From: Halomicrobium mukohataei DSM 12286
GTDB taxonomy: Archaea; Halobacteriota; Halobacteria; Halobacteriales; Haloarculaceae
NCBI RefSeq assembly: GCF_000023965.1
Contig: NC_013202.1
Location: 1,770,001-1,802,000 of the forward strand
Length of the DNA stretch: 32,000 bases
Direction of reading: 5' to 3'
The translations under genes and the position numbers were made by a program. Below are positions 1-7,643 of this stretch, in pieces. The stretch's first letter is position 1. Each line of letters starts with the position of its first letter. Under the pieces are notes generated by a model, which was not told the origin of the DNA, made no database searches, and was given only the letters and a program-made list of their open reading frames with translations.

Positions 1-2273
1 TAGTCGACGCCCAGCACGCCAGCGACGCTCTCACGGAGGCTCGGGCCGCCGGGGTTCTCCAGCCGAGTGAGCGCGACGAGGTACTCGACGAGGCGGTCGT
101 CGGTCGGCGGCTCGCCCATCGTGTGCAGGCCCATCCGGATCTGGGTCGTCTTCACGTCCGTGAGGTACTCGTGGACGCGCTCGACCAGCTCGTCGATGTC
201 GACGGCGTCCCCGTCGACCGCTCCTTCGGCGAGCGAGGTCCCTGCTTCGTCGGGACCCCGCACGTCGGCTTTCTCGTCAACTGTCCCCGTAATACCGAGT
301 TCCACCGCGAGGTCCAGTTCGTCGACCTTCTCGCGCAACAGTGTTTCGAGGTGCTCGCCGTCGTCGGCGCGGGCGTCTTCCATGCCTGCCTCGCGGTACT
401 GGTCGGCCAGTTCCTCCAGTTCCGCCAGTTCGTCGTAGGTGCCGGCGTTGCTCATGACCGGCGTGAGGTAGTCTACGACGGCGGCGTAGGAGCGGCGCTT
501 TGCCTGTGTTCCCTCGCCGGGGTTGTTGACGATGTAGGGGTAGACGTTCGGGATGTCGTCGATCAGCTGGTCTGGGGCGCTCGCGCCGTTCAGGCCGACG
601 GTCTTGCCCGGCAGCCACTCCAGGCTGCCGTGGGTGCCGAGGTGGACGACGGCGTCGGCCTCGAACGCCTCGCGCAGCCAGCTGTAGAAGGCCACGTAGT
701 CGTGGGGCGGCTGGAGATCCGAGTCGTGGTACACCTTCGCGGGATCCATGCCGAAGCCACGCGGCGGCTGGACCGTCACGAGGACGTTTCCGAACTCGAC
801 GCCGGGGATGGCGAAGGGTCGGTCCGGTGGGTCGCCCCACTCCTCGCGAACGGCGTCCCGAAACCGCTCGTCGGTCTCGGCGAAGTAGTCGTCGTACTCG
901 TCGGTCGACACCACGTCGACGCTCAGCTCTCGCACGTCTTCGGGCGCGACCCAGCGGTCGTCGAGCGTGAGTTGCTGTGTGAGCCGCTCGACGAGCGCCT
1001 GACCGCTGTCGGGCATCGTCGTCCCCGTGTCGTACCCGCGCTCGTCGAGTTCGTCGAGCAGATTGACCGTGCTCTCGGGGCTGTCGAGGCCGAACGCGGT
1101 GCCGATGCCGTCGTCGCTGGGCGGGTAGTTGTGGAGGACGACGGCGACTCGCTTGTCCTCGTTTGGCGTGTGTCGCAGGCGCGCCCAGTTGACCGCCAGC
1201 CGCGCGACGTGGTCGACCCGGTCGTCGATCGGGAAGTGTTGCTTGGGCGCGGTGCCGATGCCGGCCTCGTCGTCGGTGCGTTCCTTGCCGCTGATCGGGT
1301 GCGTGACGACGTTGCCGTCGAACTCCGGCAGCGCGACCGAGAGGGCGAGTTCGAAGCCCATCACGCCGGTGTCGCTGCTCTCGTACCGGGACCGGGAGCG
1401 CATCGTCGTCACGGTCTGGAGCACCGGAACGCCCAGCCTGTCGAGGAACACGGCCTGGGCGTCGTCGCCCTCGTCGTCGGCGTCCCGGCCCCGCTCGTCC
1501 ATCGACAGCGAGAACATGAACGACGAGCAGACGGCGTCGACGACCGGATCGCCTGCGGGCCGGGCGCTGGGACCGTCCTCGCTGGCGAGGAGCCACTCCT
1601 CGGTCACGCGCTCTGCGTCCCACTGTTCGTCGGTGTCGGTCGCCGGGTTGCAGAAGATCGGCAGGGCGTCGGCCCCCTGTGCCTCGATCGCCCTGACCTG
1701 TGCGTCGACGTAGCGGGTGTTCTCGTGTGTCCAGTGGGACTCGTAGAACCACACGGCGACGGTCGGGCGGTCGGCGTCGAACGTCGCGACGAGTTCGGCG
1801 TACGACGCGCCCGGATGGTCCGGGTGGTAGACGCCCTCCGTCGGGAGGTCCACCGGATCGTCGTACGGGCGATCGACGCCGCCGTACTCGTCGACGAGAA
1901 AGCGGATGCAGTTGGCGACGTTGCTGGTGCCGCCCCGTTCGAGGTAGTCGTACACTCGGTCGCGGTCCGTCGCTGGGACGGACGTGTCCTCGATCGCGTA
2001 GGCGTCGCCGGTCGACTTGACGACCAGGGGCACGCCAGCGTCTTCCAGTTGGCCGACCGCGTGGTCGTAGCCCGGCATGCTGTCTTCGGCACCGTGGAGC
2101 CAGAAGACGGCCGCGGTCGCGTCCGATATCTCGTCGAGGAACTCGTCGACGTCGCTCTGGTCGTCCAGGTCGCTCTCCGAGCGGACCACGAGCTCCGCGT
2201 CGACTCGCGACGCGGCTCGCTGGACTGCCCCGAGCTCGTTCTCCGTCGCCGTGTACAGGGCGATCGTTGGCAT
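1..2273 (-). CDS. cobN: Cobaltochelatase large subunit CobN, N-terminal ~757 codons (3' end lies beyond the window start)
   Basis: Missing from the ORF track because it has no stop in the window. Manual minus-strand translation from the ATG at 2273..2271 gives MPTIALYTATENELGAVQRAASRVDAELVVRSESDLDD..., and further on ...VVHLGTHGSLEWLPGK..., which is CobN/BchH-like. No minus-strand sub-ORF is listed in this frame, consistent with an open frame running to position 1. The listed 123..2300(+) ORF is its antisense shadow. Confidence 0.92.
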   Translation of the reverse strand, partial: MPTIALYTATENELGAVQRAASRVDAELVVRSESDLDDQSDVDEFLDEISDATAAVFWLHGAEDSMPGYDHAVGQLEDAGVPLVVKSTGDAYAIEDTSVPATDRDRVYDYLERGGTSNVANCIRFLVDEYGGVDRPYDDPVDLPTEGVYHPDHPGASYAELVATFDADRPTVAVWFYESHWTHENTRYVDAQVRAIEAQGADALPIFCNPATDTDEQWDAERVTEEWLLASEDGPSARPAGDPVVDAVCSSFMFSLSMDERGRDADDEGDDAQAVFLDRLGVPVLQTVTTMRSRSRYESSDTGVMGFELALSVALPEFDGNVVTHPISGKERTDDEAGIGTAPKQHFPIDDRVDHVARLAVNWARLRHTPNEDKRVAVVLHNYPPSDDGIGTAFGLDSPESTVNLLDELDERGYDTGTTMPDSGQALVERLTQQLTLDDRWVAPEDVRELSVDVVSTDEYDDYFAETDERFRDAVREEWGDPPDRPFAIPGVEFGNVLVTVQPPRGFGMDPAKVYHDSDLQPPHDYVAFYSWLREAFEADAVVHLGTHGSLEWLPGKTVGLNGASAPDQLIDDIPNVYPYIVNNPGEGTQAKRRSYAAVVDYLTPVMSNAGTYDELAELEELADQYREAGMEDARADDGEHLETLLREKVDELDLAVELGITGTVDEKADVRGPDEAGTSLAEGAVDGDAVDIDELVERVHEYLTDVKTTQIRMGLHTMGEPPTDDRLVEYLVALTRLENPGGPSLRESVAGVLGVD

Positions 2274-2307
2274 AATATTGTTAAACCTCCATTGTCCTAA
2301 TACAAGC
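2274..2307. promoter_or_regulatory. 34-bp AT-rich bidirectional promoter spacer between cobN and chlID
   Basis: The spacer aatattgttaaacctccattgtcctaatacaagc is the only AT-rich stretch here. TTAAA at 2281-2285 lies ~27 nt upstream of the chlID ATG (2308). TATTAG on the minus strand, around 2296-2304, lies ~27 nt upstream of the cobN ATG (2273). This spacing fits archaeal TATA boxes driving leaderless mRNAs. Confidence 0.4.
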
Positions 2308-4467
2308 ATGATTGATTTCGGTGGCGGCAAAAAAGCTTCGCCCGGGCGGGCGGGCGAACTCGGGTTCGCCGACATCGTGGGTCAGGCGGAACTCAAAGAG
2401 GCGCTGTTGACCGTCGCGGCCAACGACGACCTCGACGGACTGCTGATTCAGGGCGAGAAGGGCACGGCCAAGTCGACGGCGGTGCGGGCGCTCGCGGCGT
2501 TGCTCCCCGACCAGACCGCCGTCGCCGACTGCCCGTACGGCTGTCCGCCGGACGAGCCCGACCGCCAGTGTGAGGACTGTCGCGAGCGGACCGACCCGCC
2601 GACCGAGCAGCGCCCGGTCCCGCTCGTGACCCTCCCGCTCGGTGCGACCCGCGAGCGCGTCGTCGGGACGCTCTCGGTCGCCGACGCGCTCGCTGGCGAC
2701 TACGAGTTCGACCCCGGACTGCTGGCGCGAGCGAACCGGGGCATCCTCTACGTCGACGAGGTGAATCTGCTGGACGACCACCTCGTCGACGTGTTGCTCG
2801 ACGCCGCAGCCAGCGGTACCAACCGCGTCGAGCGCGACGGCGTGAGCGTCGCCCACCCCGCCGACTTCACGCTCGTCGGGACGATGAACCCCGAAGAGGG
2901 CGAACTACGCCCGCAGCTACGGGACCGCTTCGCGCTCCAGGCGACCGTCACGGGTGCCGACGACCTCGACGACCGGGTCGCGATCATCGAGCAGGCGCTT
3001 GCAGACGGCGACGACGGCGACCGGCGGGCCGACGTTCCAGACGACGAGCGCCGGGCACAGCTCTGCGAGGCCCGAGCGGGGCTGTCGGCGGTGACCCTGT
3101 CTCCCGAGTTCACCACCGAGATCGCCGAGCTGTGCCGCGACGCGGGCGTCGACGGCCACCGCGCGGACATCGCGACGGCCCGCGCGGCCCGCACGCTCGC
3201 GGCACTCGACGGCCGCGTGAAGGTCCTCGAATCCGACGTACGGCGGGCGGCCGCCATGGCCCTGCCCCACCGACTCCGCTCGCGTCCCTTCGAAGACGAG
3301 CCAGACGCCTCGGAGCTACTGGACGACCACTTCGACGACGAGAGCGGCGGCGACGGCGAGTCCGAGCGAGACGAGACCGAAGCCGACGCGGACGGCGACG
3401 GAGACCAGAGTGAGGCCGACGGGGAGGGCGGTGACGACGCCGACGGCGACACCGCGGACGAAGAGAGCGGGGGCGACACGCCGGACGGCGACGACGGGGG
3501 ACAGACACGGCAGCCGGCGGCCGACGACGGCGGAGACGACGCCCCGTCACCGCCGCCCGGCTCCGAAGCCGGCGACGCCGGGGAGGACTCCGGCGAGGCC
3601 GAGCGCGGCGAGGACGAGTCCGGCGGCGGCGAGAGCGACGAACGGACCGGGGGGACGCCGCTGGTGCCCGGCCAGTCCCCCACACCCGTCGGCGAGAGCG
3701 ACGCGCCCGACCTCAGTGCGCCCGAGGCCGTCGCCGAGGGTCGGGCCGCCAGCGGACGCGGGTCGGTCGCTCCCGCCGTCGACGGGGAGGGTGCGCGGGT
3801 CAGAACCCAGCGCGCGAACTCGGACCGCCAGATCGACGCCGCGGCCTCGGTCCGGGCCGCGACCGCACGAGGCGGCTCCGGCGTCGAGTCTCGCGACCTC
3901 CGCCAGTCGGTCCGGGAACGGGACAGCGCCGTGCTCGTGGTCTTCGCCGTCGACGCGAGCGCGTCGATGCGGCCGGCGATGCGGGCCGCGAAGGGGACGG
4001 TGCTGGAACTCCTGAAAGACGCCTACCAGGAACGCGACGAGGTCGCGTTCGTGACCTTCGCCGGTGAGGGGGCCGACGTGCTCTTGCCGCCGACCGACAG
4101 CGTCACGCTCGCGGCCAGACACCTCAAAGACCTCCCGACGGGCGATCGAACGCCGCTGCCGGCGGGACTATGCGCTGCCGGCGACGTGATCCGGCGAGCC
4201 GATCCGGCCGCCAGCGTCGTCGTCCTCGTGACCGACGGGCGCGCCAACGTCGCCGACGGGAGTCCGACCGAGGAGACGCGCGACGCGGCCCGCGAGATCG
4301 CCGCGCGCGGAAGTTCCGTCGTCGTCGTCGACGCCGGAGACGACGGCGACACGGGTCTCACGGGGCTGATCGCCGACGAGACCGACGGCCGGCGTGTGCC
4401 CCTGGACGCGCTCTCGGCCGAACGGATCGACGCCGCCGCCGGAGCCGCCAGAACAAACGAGATTTAA
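2308..4467 (+). CDS. chlID: ChlI/ChlD-type AAA+ chelatase subunit: ChlI-like ATPase module, acidic linker and C-terminal VWA domain. It is the partner of CobN.
   Basis: Taken from the ATG at 2308 (MIDFGGGKKASPGRAGELGFADIVGQAELKEALL...). The upstream part of the listed 2077..4467 ORF overlaps cobN and looks non-coding. Walker A reads GEKGTAKST and Walker B reads ILYVDEVNLL. A long D/E/G-rich linker follows, then a VWA/MIDAS-like region (VVFAVDASASM ... VVLVTDGRAN). Confidence 0.9.
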   Translation: MIDFGGGKKASPGRAGELGFADIVGQAELKEALLTVAANDDLDGLLIQGEKGTAKSTAVRALAALLPDQTAVADCPYGCPPDEPDRQCEDCRERTDPPTEQRPVPLVTLPLGATRERVVGTLSVADALAGDYEFDPGLLARANRGILYVDEVNLLDDHLVDVLLDAAASGTNRVERDGVSVAHPADFTLVGTMNPEEGELRPQLRDRFALQATVTGADDLDDRVAIIEQALADGDDGDRRADVPDDERRAQLCEARAGLSAVTLSPEFTTEIAELCRDAGVDGHRADIATARAARTLAALDGRVKVLESDVRRAAAMALPHRLRSRPFEDEPDASELLDDHFDDESGGDGESERDETEADADGDGDQSEADGEGGDDADGDTADEESGGDTPDGDDGGQTRQPAADDGGDDAPSPPPGSEAGDAGEDSGEAERGEDESGGGESDERTGGTPLVPGQSPTPVGESDAPDLSAPEAVAEGRAASGRGSVAPAVDGEGARVRTQRANSDRQIDAAASVRAATARGGSGVESRDLRQSVRERDSAVLVVFAVDASASMRPAMRAAKGTVLELLKDAYQERDEVAFVTFAGEGADVLLPPTDSVTLAARHLKDLPTGDRTPLPAGLCAAGDVIRRADPAASVVVLVTDGRANVADGSPTEETRDAAREIAARGSSVVVVDAGDDGDTGLTGLIADETDGRRVPLDALSAERIDAAAGAARTNEI

Positions 4468-4480
4468 CAGAGACGAAAGC

Positions 4481-4488
4481 TTTACAAT
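4481..4488 (+). promoter_or_regulatory. TATA-like element upstream of cbtB
   Basis: tttacaat sits in the AT-rich 42-bp gap after chlID, centred ~26 nt upstream of the GTG at 4510. This fits a leaderless cbtB transcript. Confidence 0.3.
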
Positions 4489-4509
4489 CTAGTTTGTACT
4501 TAGTCACTC

Positions 4510-4707
4510 GTGGTTTCAATGACGACTGCTACCGACACCGTCTCGGGTCGCGTCGCACAGGCACAGACGGAACTGACTCCGACACAGTTACTCGCCGGCA
4601 TCGCGCTCGTGGCCGCGCTGGGCTTCGCGCTGGTCTTCCTCCAGGCACCGATGGCCCACGACTCGATGCACAACTTCCGACACGCCGCCGGGGTCGTCTG
4701 TCACTGA
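4510..4707 (+). CDS. cbtB: Putative cobalt transporter small subunit CbtB
   Basis: 65 aa with one TM helix (LLAGIALVAALGFALVFL) and the C-terminal His/Cys signature HDSMHNFRHAAGVVCH typical of CbtB. It lies next to cbtA and cobN. The start may be the GTG at 4510 or the ATG at 4519. Confidence 0.8.
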   Translation: MVSMTTATDTVSGRVAQAQTELTPTQLLAGIALVAALGFALVFLQAPMAHDSMHNFRHAAGVVCH

Positions 4708-4709
4708 TC

Positions 4710-5501
4710 ATGCTCGCCGACTACATTCTTCGCGGCGCGAAAGCGGGACTGGTCGCCGGCCTGCTGTTCGGGCTACTCGTGGCTCTGGTCGCCAATCCGC
4801 TCGTCGCTGCGGCCGACACGCACGGCCACGCCGAGGAGGGCCACGCTGAGGAAGGCCACGCCGAGGAGGGCCACGCTGACGAAGACCACGCCGAGGCCGG
4901 TGGTCACCACGAGAGCGCCGTCTCGGCGACGGTGACGAACGTCGTGAGCGTCGGTGCCAGCGTGCTGTGGGGCCTGCTGCTCGGGACGGTCGTCTTCGGC
5001 GTCGCCGGCTACGTCCTCGAACCGATCGTCCCCGGCGAGGGTGCCGTCCAGAGCGCGCTGCTCGCGGTCGGTGGCTTCGTCACCGTCTCCGGCGCGCCGT
5101 GGCTCCTCCTCCCGCCGTCGCTTCCGGGCGTCGAACGCGCCATCCCGACGGACACCGGCATGGTGCTCTACGCCGGCATGATGGTCGCTGGCGCGGTCGT
5201 CTGCCTGCTGTCTGCGGTGTGCTACGATCGACTCCGCGACCGGTACGGTCGCCCCGCGGCGGCGGTCGCCGCGCTGGTTCCCTTCGGGCTGCTCGTGGCC
5301 CCGGCCACGCTTACCCCTCTCGGACCGGCGACCGGCTCCCTGTCGCCAGCGCTGGCCGACGGGCTGCTCGGAACGGTCGTCTTCGGCCAGCTCCTCCTGT
5401 GGACGGCTCTCGCAGCGACACACGCGCGACTGGGCCGTGACGATGGGTCTCGACCGGCGACGCCGTCCGCACGGACAGACGCCGCCCTCAGTGCGGACTG
5501 A
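4710..5501 (+). CDS. cbtA: Putative cobalt transporter subunit CbtA with a His-rich loop
   Basis: Taken from the ATG at 4710 (MLADYILRGAKAGLVAGLLFGLLVALV...), 2 nt after the cbtB stop. It is a multi-TM protein with the loop HGHAEEGHAEEGHAEEGHADEDHAEAGGHH. The upstream part of the listed 4170..5501 ORF is an Arg-rich out-of-context read-through of chlID. Confidence 0.85.
   Translation: MLADYILRGAKAGLVAGLLFGLLVALVANPLVAAADTHGHAEEGHAEEGHAEEGHADEDHAEAGGHHESAVSATVTNVVSVGASVLWGLLLGTVVFGVAGYVLEPIVPGEGAVQSALLAVGGFVTVSGAPWLLLPPSLPGVERAIPTDTGMVLYAGMMVAGAVVCLLSAVCYDRLRDRYGRPAAAVAALVPFGLLVAPATLTPLGPATGSLSPALADGLLGTVVFGQLLLWTALAATHARLGRDDGSRPATPSARTDAALSAD
4824..4898 (+). repeat. Five tandem 15-bp units encoding (G/D)HA(E/D)(E/A) in the CbtA loop
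   Basis: The units are GGCCACGCCGAGGAG / GGCCACGCTGAGGAA / GGCCACGCCGAGGAG / GGCCACGCTGACGAA / GACCACGCCGAGGCC. Units 1 and 3 are identical and units 2 and 4 differ by one base, which implies duplication of a 30-bp block. Confidence 0.95.
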
Positions 5502-5839
5502 TGGAGGAACGCACGGTCGAGGTCCACGAGCGGGGCTTCTCCGATCACGTCCTCGTCTGTACGAACGGCCGAGAGAGCGAGCACGCCTGCTGTAGCGAGG
5601 CCGGCGGCGAGGCGGTCTTCGACGCCGTCGTCGAGTGGCTCCGCGAGCGCGACCTGCTGTGGTCGCGCGTCTACGTCGCCGAGACGGGCTGTCTCGGACT
5701 CTGTAGCGCCGACGGCGCGGCGATCGCGGTCCACCCCCGGAGCAGCTGGTACTCGGACGTGCGACCCGACGACGTGGCCCCGCTGCTGGCCGAGGAGTTC
5801 GGTCCCGACGGGTCCCGACTCGGTGTCACTGCCGACTGA
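5501..5839 (+). CDS. Thioredoxin-like [2Fe-2S] ferredoxin (CbiW-like)
   Basis: 112 aa. The start overlaps the cbtA stop (TGATG). VLVCTNGRESEHACCSEAGG ... ETGCLGLCSADGAAIAV gives the C-x(9-10)-C ... C-x3-C pattern of thioredoxin-fold 2Fe-2S ferredoxins. Confidence 0.78.
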   Translation: MEERTVEVHERGFSDHVLVCTNGRESEHACCSEAGGEAVFDAVVEWLRERDLLWSRVYVAETGCLGLCSADGAAIAVHPRSSWYSDVRPDDVAPLLAEEFGPDGSRLGVTAD

Positions 5840-5906
5840 CAGTCCGTGACGATTTTGCCATCGCGAATAGCTTCACCCGACCGGTGTGACGAGACTTCTC
5901 ATACTA

Positions 5907-5974
5907 CCGGCTGTAAATCTGTACATCATTTCGCGACCCCAGGCTGGCGAATATCTGCACGAAGTTACAGCCGG
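5907..5974. repeat. Perfect 10-bp inverted repeat (CCGGCTGTAA / TTACAGCCGG) with a 48-nt spacer
   Basis: Read directly. The left arm is 5907-5916 and the right arm 5965-5974. It lies in the lower-GC 177-bp gap between the convergent ferredoxin and beta-propeller genes. Confidence 0.85.
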
Positions 5975-6016
5975 CAGTATCACCGACCGCGTGTCGCGGA
6001 GACACTGCCGAGCGGG

Positions 6017-7279
6017 CTACCGGCCCTGTGAACTTCTCGCCGACTGGCTTCTCGGCGCACGATCGACGAGAAGACGATACGCACCGCGCTCGGTGCCGTC
6101 GTCGTGGTAGACGACCGGCTCCTCGACGGCGACGACGCGGTCTCCGTCGACCGCGACTGCCGTGACGATGCCGTCGGTCTCGCGGCTCGCTACCGGGCCG
6201 TCCCGGGCCGACAGCACCCGCAGGCCGTGACAGTCGGCATCGCGCGTCCGGAAGTGCTGTGCGCCCGGCACGACTACGTGGTGGTCCGCGACGGCGATCT
6301 CGCCGGCAAACCCGCCCACGTCGGCCGACCACCGACGTTGGCCGTCCGGTCCGTAGCCGAAGGCGGTGTGTTCCGCGGGGTGGAGGGCGTCGGTCTCGCG
6401 ACGGTCGACGGCGTAGGTGTTGCCGGTGACGAAGACGGACGCTCCGTTGCCGGCGGCGACGTGGTTCGGGTACGCGTACAGCGTCTCGTCGCCGACCGTC
6501 GTCCGTGTCGCCAGCTCGGCGCGCCACCGGACGGTGCCGCCGTCGTCGAGGCGGTAGCCACAGTAGTCGCCGTGACTCGCGACGAGGGCACCGTCCTCGA
6601 CGAGCGCGACGTCACCGACCCGGCGCTGTCCGTCGCTGTCGGGATCCCACTGCCAGTGGCTCGTCCCATGTTCGGCGTCGAGCACGACGAGGCCCCGCTG
6701 GTGGCTGCCGGGACAGCGGTTGTACGCGACCGCGAGGCGGTCGTCTCGCCGATCGAGGCTGATCGGCGACGCGTCGGCCTCGAACTGCCAGCGTCGCGTC
6801 CCGTCGTCGGCGAACGCGGAGACGACGCTTCGAAACGAGCGGCGGTCGCCGTCGCGCTCGTAGCGGCGGGCGGCGACGTACGCGCGGTCCTCGTCGGTCA
6901 CGATGTCTGCGACGAACGGCAGGAAGAACCGCGTCTCTCTCTGTGGCTCGCCGATCTCTGCCGCCGTCGCGTGCTGCCAGCGCCGTCGACCCGTCGCCGC
7001 CTCGTAGCACCGCACCCGCCCGTCCGGGCCTCGCTCACCGGCGAGGACCGCGTCGCCGAACGCCGCGAGCGCGACCACGGCGGCGTCCGCTCCCTCGCGG
7101 TCCGCGCGCCACTGCTCTGTCAGGGTGGCGTGATCGAACGCGATCACGTCGCCCGTCGCCGTCCCGACGACGACCAGTTCACCCGTCAGCGCGACTGCCG
7201 AGCGCCGGCCCGCGTGGCGCGACCGCGCCGGAGACGGTTCGCCGAGGCCGACCGACCGTGGCTTCGGCCGCTCACTCAT
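6017..7279 (-). CDS. PQQ-like (BamB/YxaL-type) beta-propeller repeat protein, last gene of the cbi operon
   Basis: 420 aa with recurring propeller-blade motifs (...VVVGTATGDVIAFDHATLTEQWR..., ...VRCYEAATGRRRWQH..., ...DDGTRRWQFEA..., ...DAEHGTSHWQW..., ...DDGGTVRWRA..., ...GPDGQRRWSADV...). The start overlaps the upstream stop by 8 nt (ATGAGTGA). No convincing signal peptide is present. Confidence 0.75.
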   Translation of the reverse strand: MSERPKPRSVGLGEPSPARSRHAGRRSAVALTGELVVVGTATGDVIAFDHATLTEQWRADREGADAAVVALAAFGDAVLAGERGPDGRVRCYEAATGRRRWQHATAAEIGEPQRETRFFLPFVADIVTDEDRAYVAARRYERDGDRRSFRSVVSAFADDGTRRWQFEADASPISLDRRDDRLAVAYNRCPGSHQRGLVVLDAEHGTSHWQWDPDSDGQRRVGDVALVEDGALVASHGDYCGYRLDDGGTVRWRAELATRTTVGDETLYAYPNHVAAGNGASVFVTGNTYAVDRRETDALHPAEHTAFGYGPDGQRRWSADVGGFAGEIAVADHHVVVPGAQHFRTRDADCHGLRVLSARDGPVASRETDGIVTAVAVDGDRVVAVEEPVVYHDDGTERGAYRLLVDRAPRSQSARSSQGR

Positions 7280-7643
7280 CGACCGGGAAGGCTTCGTGGA
7301 GCACGTCGTGGGCCTCGCCCAGCCCGTCGAGGACGCTCTCGCCCTGGCTCGTCAGCCGGTGGACCGCTCGCTCGGCGTCCCGGACCGCGACGAGTCGCCC
7401 CCGCATGTAGTCGTACTCCTGACTGTCCGAATCGGCCTCGGCGATCTCGGCTTCGAGATCCACCAGCGCCGCGTCGAGGTGGCGTTCGATGGCCGAGAGG
7501 GACTCGGCCTCTGCCAGGGCCTCGATCGGGCCGTCGAGTTCGCCTTCGAGTTCTTTTTCCGCGTGCTCGCGCGCGTGTTCGTCTTCGCTTCCCAGTACGT
7601 TCATCAGTCCGAGTCGGAGTGCTTCGATTTCGTAGCAGCTCAT
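7272..7643 (-). CDS. Acidic, predicted all-helical 123-aa protein of unknown function. It may belong to the DUF3209 family, but that is from memory only.
   Basis: MSCYEIEALRLGLMNVLGSEDEHAREHAEKELEGELDG... The start overlaps the cbiX stop (ATGA) and the stop overlaps the next start (ATGAGTGA). The composition is typical of haloarchaeal coding sequence. Confidence 0.7.
   Translation of the reverse strand: MSCYEIEALRLGLMNVLGSEDEHAREHAEKELEGELDGPIEALAEAESLSAIERHLDAALVDLEAEIAEADSDSQEYDYMRGRLVAVRDAERAVHRLTSQGESVLDGLGEAHDVLHEAFPVDE

Noticed and set aside
123-2300. 725-aa plus-strand ORF covering the left end of the window
   Set aside because: It is the antisense shadow of cobN. The translation is V/D/G/R-rich with no motif, whereas the minus strand gives an unmistakable CobN sequence. 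Long antisense ORFs are expected at this GC content.
2077-2307. Upstream extension of the chlID ORF
   Set aside because: It overlaps the cobN 5' coding region and the AT-rich promoter spacer. The extension (MLSSAPWSQKTAAVASDISSRNSS...) is Ser/Arg-rich and unlike ChlI N-termini. The ATG at 2308 follows the spacer directly.
4170-4709. Upstream extension of the cbtA ORF
   Set aside because: It is an Arg-rich read-through across the chlID 3' end and cbtB. The cbtA-like sequence begins at MLADYILRG (4710).
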